Positions 9,415-18,684 of a stretch of DNA of 64,000 nt are shown here, one piece after another. The position numbers were made by a program, and so were the translations under genes. Where the stretch lies: assembly GCF_039541115.1 (NCBI RefSeq), contig NZ_BAABFP010000008.1:248001-312000 (forward strand). The letters are read 5' to 3'. This DNA is from Angustibacter luteus. GTDB lineage: Bacteria; Actinomycetota; Actinomycetes; Actinomycetales; Angustibacteraceae. The notes beneath the pieces are model-generated. The model saw only the letters and a list, made by a program, of their open reading frames with translations. It made no database searches and was not told where the DNA came from. Each line of letters begins with the position of its first letter. The first letter of the stretch is position 1.

Positions 9415-10767
9415 TCAACCGCTCGGCGTCGCGGTCCCGGTGGCTGCGGCGTCCCCCACGACACCTAGACGGAAACCAAGCCATGGGTAGTAGCGGGTGA
9501 AGAGCCAGTCCCCCGGTGCAGGGCCGAAGGCCGAGATCTCCACCTGATAGGCGGGCGCGTTCGCCACACCCCCGTGGTAGTAGTGCCAGTCCCGCACGAA
9601 GTTGTAGCCCTCCGGCTGCGGCACAACGCTGTCGAGGACCTCCACGACGTTCCCGCCCTGGTCGTAGGTGCCCCATGGTGAGGGAGTCTTCGCCTGCCCC
9701 ACGGTGCTGACGTTCGCCATGTACAGGGACGGGAGGTCCAGCCCCGGCGGGAGCTCGGTCGGGAACACCTTGGCGCAGGTCGGTCCCGCCTGTGAGGGGC
9801 ACCACGTGGGTGCGGCACCGGTCGGCGATCCTGGGGTGTCGTTCGAGCCATTCGGGTCGTTCGGGTTGTACGTGGCCAACGGCTGGTCGCTGGCGTTCGT
9901 CACGTCACCGGTCTTCGGGTCGAGCACGGTGGGATTCGGTGGGTTGAGAGGCCCGGTGGGGTAGGCCCAGTACGAGTTGGTCCCACCGCCCTTCGGGTCG
10001 TAGTACGCGGCCTTGATCCACTCGTCGTTACTGGAGATCACGAACCCGGTCTTCGCGGTGCGGGTGGGGGCCTCGGTCCTCATGTCGTACATACCCTTTT
10101 CGGTCTCGGGCGAGAGTTGGACCTGGTATGTGACGTAGTTGAAGCCGTTTGACGATGACGGCGTGCTCGACAGGATCTTGCCGTTGGTCAGCGAGTTCGC
10201 GAAGCGGGCGCCGCGGCTGAAGTCCCCGAAGTTGAAGGGCTTCTGCGCCCATTCGGGGTACGCCACGGCGTAGTGCGCACCGGCGCTAGCGCTCGGGTTG
10301 TAGCTGATCGACCCGTACTGGGGCCAAACCGTAGGGCTCATGTTGTCGTAGTAGAGATTGCGCAGGTTCTTGCCTTCGCGGTCGGCGGTGTTGAGGAAGG
10401 TCACGTACTGGCTCACGGTGGTCTCAAACTCACCGATGCCGTACGGATAGGCAACCGCGCCCACGGTCAGACACTTAGGCGGCGGCTTCGGAGCCTCCGC
10501 ACAGGTCTGGTAGATGCCTGTGCCCTTCGGCGGGTCGACGAACTGGCCCTTGGGACCGCCGAACGTCTGAATGACACCCACGGACTTGTTGCCCGGGTCA
10601 CCAACCTGTGCCATGGCGATCGTCACGATGCCGCCCAGCGCGCTCGATCCGCTGGTGGCTGCCGCGCTCGACGAACTCGCCGCCTTGTGATCTCCGGATG
10701 AGCAACCAGCCGCGACCAGGCAGGTGACGACCACGACGGCCAGTCTCCATGCGTTTGACCTTTGCAT
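9415..10767 (-). CDS. Lipoprotein with FGE-sulfatase (SUMF1/EgtB/PvdO-like) fold
   Basis: Lipobox LVAAGC; VGDPGN, IGEFETTVSQYVTFLN, DEWIKAAYYDP, SPWGTYDQGGNVVE and GFRL motifs. Confidence 0.75.
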   Translation of the reverse strand: MQRSNAWRLAVVVVTCLVAAGCSSGDHKAASSSSAAATSGSSALGGIVTIAMAQVGDPGNKSVGVIQTFGGPKGQFVDPPKGTGIYQTCAEAPKPPPKCLTVGAVAYPYGIGEFETTVSQYVTFLNTADREGKNLRNLYYDNMSPTVWPQYGSISYNPSASAGAHYAVAYPEWAQKPFNFGDFSRGARFANSLTNGKILSSTPSSSNGFNYVTYQVQLSPETEKGMYDMRTEAPTRTAKTGFVISSNDEWIKAAYYDPKGGGTNSYWAYPTGPLNPPNPTVLDPKTGDVTNASDQPLATYNPNDPNGSNDTPGSPTGAAPTWCPSQAGPTCAKVFPTELPPGLDLPSLYMANVSTVGQAKTPSPWGTYDQGGNVVEVLDSVVPQPEGYNFVRDWHYYHGGVANAPAYQVEISAFGPAPGDWLFTRYYPWLGFRLGVVGDAAATGTATPSG

Positions 10768-10836
10768 GCTGCACCCCAAACAAGTCGGTCTCCGGTGGAA
10801 CCAGGACAACGTGGCTGTGCCAGGCCCGCTGGAACC

Positions 10837-11523
10837 TCAGGCGGCCTTGGTGGCTCCGGCCCGATCGGCCAACTGGTCTGCGAAAGCCTTGGACTTGTCG
10901 GCGTAGTCATCGGTCAGGTTCGGCTTCGGGATCGGCACACCGAGGTAGTGGCTCCGGTTCTCACCGGTCCCCAGGTAGCTGATCAACGACAGCAGTGATC
11001 GGATCTGACCACCGAGGGCCTTGAAGTGGATGCCGTCAACCCAGACGCCACCCTGCTTGGCTCCCATGCGCCGGACGCTCTTGAGGTTGCTCTTCCAGTA
11101 CCGCCGGCAGACGACGTACGCGCCGAACGGCGTGCTGGACAGCAGCGCCTTGGTCGAGTCGGCCTTCAGGAACGAGCGGATCGGCATGCAGGTGGTGAGC
11201 CACCACGTCGCCGAGCCAACGCAAACCAGGTCGTATCCACCGCGCTGCGCTTCCTCGGGGATGCGGATCTCGCCGGTTGCCCGACGCAGCTGAGCCGGGA
11301 GCATCCGAACGATGTCGAAGATCCGGTGCTTGAGCGGAAACACCGCGAACCGCTCGATGTAACGCTTGTCGGTGAACTCGATGGCCGCTGTGGTCACCTT
11401 GCACCCGCGCTCGCGCAGCCGGTCGGCGACGACGTCGGCGACCTTCCGGTTCTGCTGCGTAAACGAGTAATAGACGACCAGGACCTTGGGATTCGTCGCC
11501 GTGCTGACCTGCTCGTCACTCAT
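10837..11523 (-). CDS. Flavodoxin family protein
   Basis: KVLVVYYSFTQQNRKVA and YDLVCVGSATWW flavodoxin-like motifs. Confidence 0.8.
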   Translation of the reverse strand: MSDEQVSTATNPKVLVVYYSFTQQNRKVADVVADRLRERGCKVTTAAIEFTDKRYIERFAVFPLKHRIFDIVRMLPAQLRRATGEIRIPEEAQRGGYDLVCVGSATWWLTTCMPIRSFLKADSTKALLSSTPFGAYVVCRRYWKSNLKSVRRMGAKQGGVWVDGIHFKALGGQIRSLLSLISYLGTGENRSHYLGVPIPKPNLTDDYADKSKAFADQLADRAGATKAA

Positions 11524-11616
11524 GAGGGTCCCTCTCGGGTGTCGACATCGAGACCAGGTCATCCTTCGGTGGTCCCGACTGCCCTCCGATGATCCCCACC
11601 ATGGGGACCCAGCGGC

Positions 11617-11633
11617 TCACCCTCAGTGGGTAA
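11617..11633 (-). promoter_or_regulatory. Palindromic activator-like site 2 upstream of flavodoxin gene
   Basis: Plus strand TCACCC-TCAGT-GGGTAA; -10-like GATCAT at 11594-11589, 22 nt downstream on minus strand. Confidence 0.65.
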
Positions 11634-11707
11634 GCGTGGACTCCCCGGCCAGACCGCGGGCGGGACCCGCGCGGCGAGTGGGGTGCTCGCAGCGGGTCCT
11701 CGCTTGA

Positions 11708-12634
11708 TCAGCGCCGCCGGAGGTTGGTCAGGCCGGGATGACGCCCGCGCAGCGCGTTGAGTGCCGCGTTCGGCCGCAGCACGTTGCCACTGGTCGGCGG
11801 GACGTTCTCGCGTTCTTTCGTCACCAGGTTGAACAGCGGGGTGACGATCGCGTCGTAGAGCGACGGCAGCAGCGCGAACCCGAGGGCCATCACCGCGTTG
11901 GTGATCCCGACGTCCAGCCGCTTGGGCGGCCTGTTCAGTGACTGGACGATCCGATGGGCCACCGTCTCCGGTGCGTAGATCGGCGGCGGCGGCTTGCCGA
12001 CGTGGCCGTTGTAGGTGGCCGCCTGCGGGTAGATGGGGGTGTCGATCCCGCCGGGCGTGACGAGGGTGATGTGCACGCCGGAACGGTCGCGGTTCTCGAT
12101 CTGCAGGTGCCGCGCGAGCGACCGGATGGCCCACTTGCTCACGGCGTACGCGCTCATCTCCGGGACGGCGAGCGCCCCGACGACCGACCCGATCAGCACG
12201 ATGCGACCGTCGTTGCGGTCGCGCATGCCCGGCAGCACGGCGCGGACGACGTTGGCCGTGCCCAGCACGTTCGTGGCCAGCACGCCGTCGAACACCTCCG
12301 GCGGCACGTCCTCGAACCGGCCGTAGGCGGCGACGCCTGCGGACTGGACGACGACGTCGATCGGTCCCTGACGGCGTTCGACGTCGCGGACGGCCGCCTC
12401 GACAGCCGCACCGTCGGCGACGTCGGCGGCGAAGGTCGTGACCGAGGCGGCGCCCGCAGTGCGGCACTCAGACGCCGTCCGGTCCAACGGCTCCTTGCTC
12501 CGCGCGAGCAGGGCGAGGTGGTCCCCGGCGGCGGCCAGCTCGCGCGCCAACGCCAGTCCGATCCCACTCGTCGCACCGGTGACCAGGACCACGCGCGGGG
12601 TGGCGTCGTCCCCCTTGGCGGGATCAGCGGTCAC
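11708..12634 (-). CDS. SDR family oxidoreductase
   Basis: TGATSGIG and YAVSK motifs. Confidence 0.92.
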   Translation of the reverse strand: MTADPAKGDDATPRVVLVTGATSGIGLALARELAAAGDHLALLARSKEPLDRTASECRTAGAASVTTFAADVADGAAVEAAVRDVERRQGPIDVVVQSAGVAAYGRFEDVPPEVFDGVLATNVLGTANVVRAVLPGMRDRNDGRIVLIGSVVGALAVPEMSAYAVSKWAIRSLARHLQIENRDRSGVHITLVTPGGIDTPIYPQAATYNGHVGKPPPPIYAPETVAHRIVQSLNRPPKRLDVGITNAVMALGFALLPSLYDAIVTPLFNLVTKERENVPPTSGNVLRPNAALNALRGRHPGLTNLRRR

Positions 12635-13815
12635 GGCTGCAGGACGACCTTGATGCAGCCGTCCTCCTTGCGCTGGAACAGGTCGTACGCGGCCGGGGCG
12701 TCCTGCAGCGGCAGGTGGTGCGTCGCGAGGGACTCGAGTCCGAGTGGGTCGCCGTCAGCCAGCGCGACGGGCCAGATCTCGTCGATCCAGCGCTTCACGT
12801 GGCACTGACCCATCCGCAGCTGGATCCCGCGGTCGAACATCTCCATCATCGGCATCGGGTCCATCTCGCCGCCGTAGACCCCGCTCACGGAGACGGTCCC
12901 GCCACGCCGGACCGCCTTGAGACTGGTGTACAGGGCAGCGAGGCGATCCACGGCCATCCGGTCGGTCAACGGCTTCGCCACCGCGTCCGGGAGCAGGCCG
13001 ACGGCCGTGTGGGCGAGCTTGCCGACCGGCGACCCGTGCGCCTCCATCCCGACCGCCTCGAGCACGCCGTCCGGGCCACGGCCACCGGTGAGCTCGATGA
13101 GCGCGCCGTCGACGTCGTCCAAGCCGCTGATGTCGAGCGTCTCGACACCGTACGCGGCGGCGAGCTTGAGGCGCTCCGGCACGAGGTCGACACCGATGAC
13201 TCGGCCGACGCCCTGGTGCAGCGCGATGCGGGCGGCCAGCTGGCCCACCGGACCGAGACCGATGACCGCCAGGGTCCCGCCGGGCTCGACGTCGGCGTAG
13301 GCCACGCCCTGCCAGGCGGTCGGCAGGATGTCGGACAGGTACAGGACCCGCTCGTCGGGCACGCCGTCGGGGACGACGATCGGGCCGAACTGGGCCTGGG
13401 GCACCCGCAGGTACTCGGCCTGACCGCCCGGGACGGACCCGTAGAGCTCGGTGTACCCGAACAGCGCGGCCCCCTTGCCCTGCGCGGTGACCTGGGTGGT
13501 CTCGCACTGCGCGAACAGTCCGCGCGAGCACATCCAGCAGGTCCCGCACGAGATGTTGAACGGCACCACCACGCGGTCTCCGGGCTTGATCTGGGAGACC
13601 TGGGACCCGACCTCCTCCACCACGCCCATCGTCTCGTGCCCCAGGACGTCGCCGGGGGCCAGGAACGATCCGAGGACCTCGTACAGGTGCAGGTCACTCC
13701 CGCAGATCGCCGTCGAGGTGACCTTGATGATGGCGTCGGTCGGCTCGAGGATCTTCGGGTCCGGGACCTCTAGGACCTGGACGTCCCGCTTGCCCTGCCA
13801 CGTCAGTGCTCGCAT
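12631..13815 (-). CDS. Zinc-dependent alcohol/formaldehyde dehydrogenase-like protein
   Basis: CGSDLH, GHE, CGTCWMC...C and GLGPVG motifs; alternative ATG at 13824. Confidence 0.92.
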   Translation of the reverse strand: MRALTWQGKRDVQVLEVPDPKILEPTDAIIKVTSTAICGSDLHLYEVLGSFLAPGDVLGHETMGVVEEVGSQVSQIKPGDRVVVPFNISCGTCWMCSRGLFAQCETTQVTAQGKGAALFGYTELYGSVPGGQAEYLRVPQAQFGPIVVPDGVPDERVLYLSDILPTAWQGVAYADVEPGGTLAVIGLGPVGQLAARIALHQGVGRVIGVDLVPERLKLAAAYGVETLDISGLDDVDGALIELTGGRGPDGVLEAVGMEAHGSPVGKLAHTAVGLLPDAVAKPLTDRMAVDRLAALYTSLKAVRRGGTVSVSGVYGGEMDPMPMMEMFDRGIQLRMGQCHVKRWIDEIWPVALADGDPLGLESLATHHLPLQDAPAAYDLFQRKEDGCIKVVLQP

Positions 13816-14018
13816 CTGATTCATCCCTACGTCACGGGTATCTCCGCAACTCTGGGTTGAATCACGACTCCGTGACGCTGACACGCGGCCAGGGCGTCGG
13901 CCACCCGAGCGCGCCAAGCGCGCCAAAGTCACTCCGCCAGCGTCGGGCCGCAGGCTCCGACCACGCCACCGGGAGAGACCAACGCGCGGTAAGCGTGGCG
14001 CGGGGTGAGGGTTGGCCC

Positions 14019-14462
14019 ATGGCAGAGGCGAGCGTGACCGTGTCCGCGTCCCCGGAGCGGCTCTTCGAGGTGCTGTCCGACGGCTGGCAGTTCGCGGGCT
14101 GGGTGGTCGGGTCCGCCAACGTCCGGGCCGTCGAGACCGGCTGGCCGCGCCCGGGTTCACGGCTCCACCACGCCGTCGGCGTCTGGCCGGCGACGCTGAA
14201 GGGCGAGACCACCGTCGAGGTGTGCCAGGCGCCCACGCACCTGGCGCTGCTGGCCCGAGGCCGGCCGCTCGGCGAGGCCAGGGTGGACCTTCGTCTCGCG
14301 CGGACCGCCGCCGGGACCGTGGTCACCATGGGCGAGGTCCCGGTCAGCGGGCCGGGCAAGTGGGCGCAGAACCCCTTGCTGGACAGCCTCCTGCACGCCC
14401 GCATCGTGGAGTCGTTGCGCCGGCTGGCCGCGTTGGCCGAGCATCCCGAGGTCCCGGCCTGA
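14019..14462 (+). CDS. SRPBCC (polyketide cyclase-like) protein
   Basis: VSASPERLFEVLSDGWQFAGWVVGS...WPRPGSRLHH pattern. Confidence 0.8.
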   Translation: MAEASVTVSASPERLFEVLSDGWQFAGWVVGSANVRAVETGWPRPGSRLHHAVGVWPATLKGETTVEVCQAPTHLALLARGRPLGEARVDLRLARTAAGTVVTMGEVPVSGPGKWAQNPLLDSLLHARIVESLRRLAALAEHPEVPA

Positions 14463-14635
14463 CTCGTCCAAGATCGACGGGCGGCCCCGTGGAACCGGCC
14501 CCATGCTCAGGGAGCGGTCAAGCCATGGCCCGACGGCCTGAGGACGTCGTTCTCCGAGCGCGCGAAGGCAGGCCGCCCGTCGATCAGCGCGCGCACCCGT
14601 GCCGCCGCCGCCGCACCGATCCACCAGGAGCCTGC

Positions 14636-15742
14636 GTGTCCACCGCCACCCCGACCACCCCCGCGCCGACTCGTGCGGCCGCTACCAGGCCCCTCACCGT
14701 CGCGTCCGTGCCGAGCGGACACGTCTACGTCCGCCACCTGTCGCCGCCCGCCGCTCCGACCGGGTCGCTCGTCCGACTGCCCGACCCCTCGAACCCGTGG
14801 TGGCCACCGGTCGCGCTGGACGCCGGTTGGATCCGGGCCCACGCCGACACGTTCGACCTGATGCACGTGCACTTCGGCTTCGACGCCCTCGCGCCGGCGG
14901 AGCTCGCCGCGATCGTCGCGGCCCTGCGAGAAGCGGGCAAGCCGCTCGTGCTGACCGTGCACGACCTGCGCAACCCGCACCACCCGACCCGCCACCTGCA
15001 CGACGAACAGCTCGGGGTGCTCGTCCCGGCGGCCGACGCCCTGCTGACCCTCACCGAGGGGGCGGCGCGCGAGATCCAGTCCCGGTGGGGACGACGCGCG
15101 CTCGTCGTCCCTCATCCGCACGTGCTCGACCTGGCGGAGATGGGACGCCGCGAACGCAGCCGGTCCGATGCGCCTCCGACGGGCGGCGACTTCCTGGTCG
15201 GCGTGCACCTGAAGAGCATGCGCGCGTGCATGTCCGGAGTCCCCGTGGTCAACGCCCTCCTGCACGTCGTCGACACCCAGCCTGGTGTACGGCTGCGCGT
15301 CGACGCCCACCGCGACATCGTCGAACCGGCCGGCGCGCGGTACCAGCCGCAGCTGGCGGCGACCCTGGAGCGGGCCGCCGGTAGCGGGGCGGACGTCCGG
15401 GTGCACGACTACTTCTCCGACTCCGAGCTGTGGGACTACCTGAGCGACCTCGACCTGTCGGTACTGCCGTACCGGTTCGGGACGCACTCCGGCTGGCTCG
15501 AGGCGTGCCGGGACCTCGGCACGGCGGTCGCAGCGCCCCGGTGCGGCTACTACGCAGACCAGGGCGCGATCGTGTCCTTCGACCTCGACGAGCACGCCCT
15601 GGACGTCACCTCCTTGGCGCAGGCAGTGGCCGCGGCTCGCAGTGCGGGACCACCGGAGCCGCTCAGCGTGGCGTTCCGAACCGAGCAGCGCGCCGACATC
15701 GCCGCGACCCACGCACGCGTCTACGCGGCCCTGCTGCCGTGA
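14636..15742 (+). CDS. Glycosyltransferase (GT-B, GT4-like)
   Basis: VASVPSGHVYVRHL, HVHFGFD, LVLTVHDLRNPH and LPYRFGTHSGWLE; GGAG RBS. Confidence 0.8.
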   Translation: MSTATPTTPAPTRAAATRPLTVASVPSGHVYVRHLSPPAAPTGSLVRLPDPSNPWWPPVALDAGWIRAHADTFDLMHVHFGFDALAPAELAAIVAALREAGKPLVLTVHDLRNPHHPTRHLHDEQLGVLVPAADALLTLTEGAAREIQSRWGRRALVVPHPHVLDLAEMGRRERSRSDAPPTGGDFLVGVHLKSMRACMSGVPVVNALLHVVDTQPGVRLRVDAHRDIVEPAGARYQPQLAATLERAAGSGADVRVHDYFSDSELWDYLSDLDLSVLPYRFGTHSGWLEACRDLGTAVAAPRCGYYADQGAIVSFDLDEHALDVTSLAQAVAAARSAGPPEPLSVAFRTEQRADIAATHARVYAALLP

Positions 15743-16824
15743 CAGCCTCGCCCTTGCGCATCGCCCTCGTCGCCGGCACCCGGTTCCCCGTGGCCGAGCC
15801 GTTCGCCGGCGGGATGGAGGCCCACACCTGGCTGCTGGCACAGGGTCTGACGGAGCGCGGCCACGACGTGACCGTGTTCGCCGCCCCCGGGTCGGACCCG
15901 TCCATCGCGCGCATCGAGGTGATCGACGGCGGCCGCTTCGAGCCGAGCGCCCGCGCCCGGGCGGACGTGTCGATGCCACCGGACCGGTTCCTGCGCGAGC
16001 ACCACGCCTACCAGTCGCTCATGCTCCGGCTGGCCGCAGACACGACCTTCGACGTCGTCCACCTGAACACGCTGCACCACCTACCGGTGGCCATGGCGGA
16101 GCTGCTACCTCGGCCACCGCTGCTCACGCTGCACACCCCACCCACCCCCTGGTTGGAGTCGGCACTGACGCTGGGAACGACCGTCCGGCCGGTCGCGGTG
16201 TCGCAGCACACGGCCGACGCCTGGCGCCCGATGACCGGTCCGATCCCGGTGCTGCACAACGGGATCGACCTCCAGCGCTGGACCGCCGGGCCGGGTGGGG
16301 CCGGTGCGGTCTGGACGGGGCGGCTGGTGCCGGAGAAGGCGCCGCACCTCGCCGTCACGGCGTGCCGGCGTGCCGGGCTCCCGCTGCGGTTGGCGGGCCC
16401 GGCGCCCGACGAGCACTACCTGCGCACGGTCCTGATGCCGATGCTGGGCCCTGACGCCGAGTGGGTGGGGCACCTGGACCACGACGCACTGCGGCGGCTG
16501 GTCGGGGCCGCCGCGGTCTGCGTCGTGACCCCGTGCTGGGACGAGCCCTTCGGCCTCGTCGTCGCCGAGGCGCTGGCCGCCGGCACGCCGGTGGCCGCCT
16601 TCCGCCGAGGTGCCCTGGCCGAATTGGTCACGCCGGAGTGCGCGGTCCTCGTGGACGGAGGGGACGTCGACGCCCTCGCCGTCGCCATCCGCTCGGCGAG
16701 CCGGCTCGACCGCGGTGCCGCCCGGCGCCACGCGGAGCTGTCGGTGGACTCGCGGCGGATGGTGGCCGGCTACGAGCAGCTCTACCGCGCCGACGCCCCC
16801 GTCGAGGCGCCGATGGCCTCGTGA
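15739..16824 (+). CDS. Glycosyltransferase family 4
   Basis: PFAGGMEAHT, GRLVPEKAP and WDEPFGLVVAEALAAGTPV. Confidence 0.9.
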   Translation: MTASPLRIALVAGTRFPVAEPFAGGMEAHTWLLAQGLTERGHDVTVFAAPGSDPSIARIEVIDGGRFEPSARARADVSMPPDRFLREHHAYQSLMLRLAADTTFDVVHLNTLHHLPVAMAELLPRPPLLTLHTPPTPWLESALTLGTTVRPVAVSQHTADAWRPMTGPIPVLHNGIDLQRWTAGPGGAGAVWTGRLVPEKAPHLAVTACRRAGLPLRLAGPAPDEHYLRTVLMPMLGPDAEWVGHLDHDALRRLVGAAAVCVVTPCWDEPFGLVVAEALAAGTPVAAFRRGALAELVTPECAVLVDGGDVDALAVAIRSASRLDRGAARRHAELSVDSRRMVAGYEQLYRADAPVEAPMAS

Positions 16825-17843
16825 TCGGCTACTACGCGCACCACCAGGGTGCCGGACACGTCCAGCGCGCTGGGCAGGTGGCGCGGCGGGTGAGCGGCCC
16901 GATCACGGTCCTCAGCTCGGCCGACCCCGGGCCCGGCGTGCCCTGGCTCAGGCTCGGGCGGGACGACGTCCCTGCTCCCGGACCGCAGGACGACGTGACC
17001 GCGCACAGCGCGCTGCACTGGGCACCGTTGCGACACCAGGGTTTTCGCCGCCGGATGGCCACGCTCGGCCGCTGGCTCGACGACGAAGCGGCTGACCTGC
17101 TCGTCAGTGACGTCTCCGTCGAGGTACTCGCCCTGGCCCGCCTGCTGTCCGTCCCGTCCGTGGCGGTGGCGATGCGCGGTGACCGCCTGGACGCCCCGCA
17201 CGCCCTCGGGTACGACCTGGCCAGCCACATCGTCGCGCCGTGGCCGGAGTCGACCCAGCAGCCGTGGCCGCCCCAGTGGTTGGAGCGCACCACGTGGGTC
17301 GGCCCGATCAGCCGGCACGACGCGCGCGCAGTCGTACGGACACGCTGCGAGACCGGCGGACGATGCGTGCTGCTGCTGCTGGGCCGTGGTGGCGACGCGA
17401 TGCGCAGGACCGACCTCGTCGAGGCGGCCGGAGTGCCCGACACGCACTGGCACGTGGCCGGTGACCTGACCGGCAACCGCCCGGCGGGCCGCCCGGCGAC
17501 CCTGGACCTGGTCGGCTGGCTGGACGACCCCTGGCCGTACCTCTGCCAGGCGGACGTCGTCGTCGCCACGGCGGGAAACAACGCCATCGCGGACGCCGCG
17601 GCTGCTCGCAAGCCCCTGGTCGCTGTCCCGCAGCCGCGGCCCTTCGGAGAGCAGGAGAGCCACGCCAGGACCCTGGTGTCCCACGGCCTGGCAGTCCTGG
17701 CCGAGCCGTGGCCGGACCGGCGTGCGTGGCCGGACCTGTTGGACCAGGCGATGAGACTCGGTGGTGCGGGGTGGGCGCGCTACCACGACGGCGGTGGCGC
17801 GCAACGGATGGCGACCGCGCTGGAGGAGTGGTCTCGTGCCTGA
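16821..17843 (+). CDS. Glycosyltransferase, GT28 C-terminal-like
   Basis: IGYYAHHQGAGH, ADVVVATAGNNAI and PRPFGEQ; GTGA overlap. Confidence 0.8.
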   Translation: MIGYYAHHQGAGHVQRAGQVARRVSGPITVLSSADPGPGVPWLRLGRDDVPAPGPQDDVTAHSALHWAPLRHQGFRRRMATLGRWLDDEAADLLVSDVSVEVLALARLLSVPSVAVAMRGDRLDAPHALGYDLASHIVAPWPESTQQPWPPQWLERTTWVGPISRHDARAVVRTRCETGGRCVLLLLGRGGDAMRRTDLVEAAGVPDTHWHVAGDLTGNRPAGRPATLDLVGWLDDPWPYLCQADVVVATAGNNAIADAAAARKPLVAVPQPRPFGEQESHARTLVSHGLAVLAEPWPDRRAWPDLLDQAMRLGGAGWARYHDGGGAQRMATALEEWSRA

Positions 17844-18666
17844 GATCTCCGTGATCACGACCGTGCACGGACGCCTGGACCACCTGCGCCAGATGCGGCG
17901 CGGGCTGGCCCGGCAGGGTGTGCACGCCGAGCACGTGGTGGTGCAGATGGGCGGCCCCTCTCCGTGGCCCGACGTCGTGGGCGCCCCAGCGGTCGTCCCG
18001 GTCGAGATCCCTGTGGACGACGACGAGCAGGGCCGCCCCCGGCTCCCGCTCGCCGCGGCGCGCAACGCCGGGGCGGCGGCAGCCGTCGGCGACCTCCTGG
18101 TGTTCCTGGACGTCGACTGCATCCCCAGCAGCCAGCTGCTGCGTCGCTACGCGGCAGCGGCGCGGACGGCACGGGGGCTGCTCTGCGGACCTGTCGCCTA
18201 CCTTCCGGAGGACTTCGACGCGCGCGTCGCGAACGAGGCAGCGCTGGGTGCCGCCGCCGCGCCGCACCCAGCCCGACCCGATCCGCCGGCCGGTCAGTTG
18301 CTGGGCGAGGACCGCTACGAGCTGTTCTGGTCGCTCTCGTTCGCCATCCGACGCGGCGACTACGAGGCGCTCGGCGGCTTCTGCGAGGAGTTCGTCGGCT
18401 ACGGCGCCGAGGACACCGACCTGGCGTTCATGGCCAGGGAGCTCGGCACGCCGTTCACCTGGGTCGGCGGCGCTGTCGCCTGGCACCAGTACCACCCGAC
18501 CCAGAACCCACCGCGCCAGCACGTCGAGGCGATCGTGCGCAACGCCACCGTGTTTCGTGAACGGTGGGGCACGTGGCCGATGCAGGGGTGGCTGCGGGAC
18601 TTCGCGCAGGAGGGCCTCGTCCACTGGGACCCGGACCGGGGCGAGCTGCGACTGCCGGGGGACTAG
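17836..18666 (+). CDS. Glycosyltransferase family 2 (galactosyltransferase-like C-terminus)
   Basis: LAAARNAGA, FLDVDC and GGFCEEFVGYGAEDTD. Confidence 0.87.
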   Translation: MPEISVITTVHGRLDHLRQMRRGLARQGVHAEHVVVQMGGPSPWPDVVGAPAVVPVEIPVDDDEQGRPRLPLAAARNAGAAAAVGDLLVFLDVDCIPSSQLLRRYAAAARTARGLLCGPVAYLPEDFDARVANEAALGAAAAPHPARPDPPAGQLLGEDRYELFWSLSFAIRRGDYEALGGFCEEFVGYGAEDTDLAFMARELGTPFTWVGGAVAWHQYHPTQNPPRQHVEAIVRNATVFRERWGTWPMQGWLRDFAQEGLVHWDPDRGELRLPGD

Positions 18667-18684
18667 AGCGAACGCGGGTGCCGC

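Noticed and set aside
9415..10767. Calling this gene the sulfatase-maturing FGE
   Set aside because: It lacks the catalytic CxxxxC motif and is predicted to be an exported lipoprotein.
13818..13840. GATT...GGGTA SigF/SigB-like promoter
   Set aside because: Poor -35 match, short spacing and about 180 nt from the next plus-strand start; not supportable.
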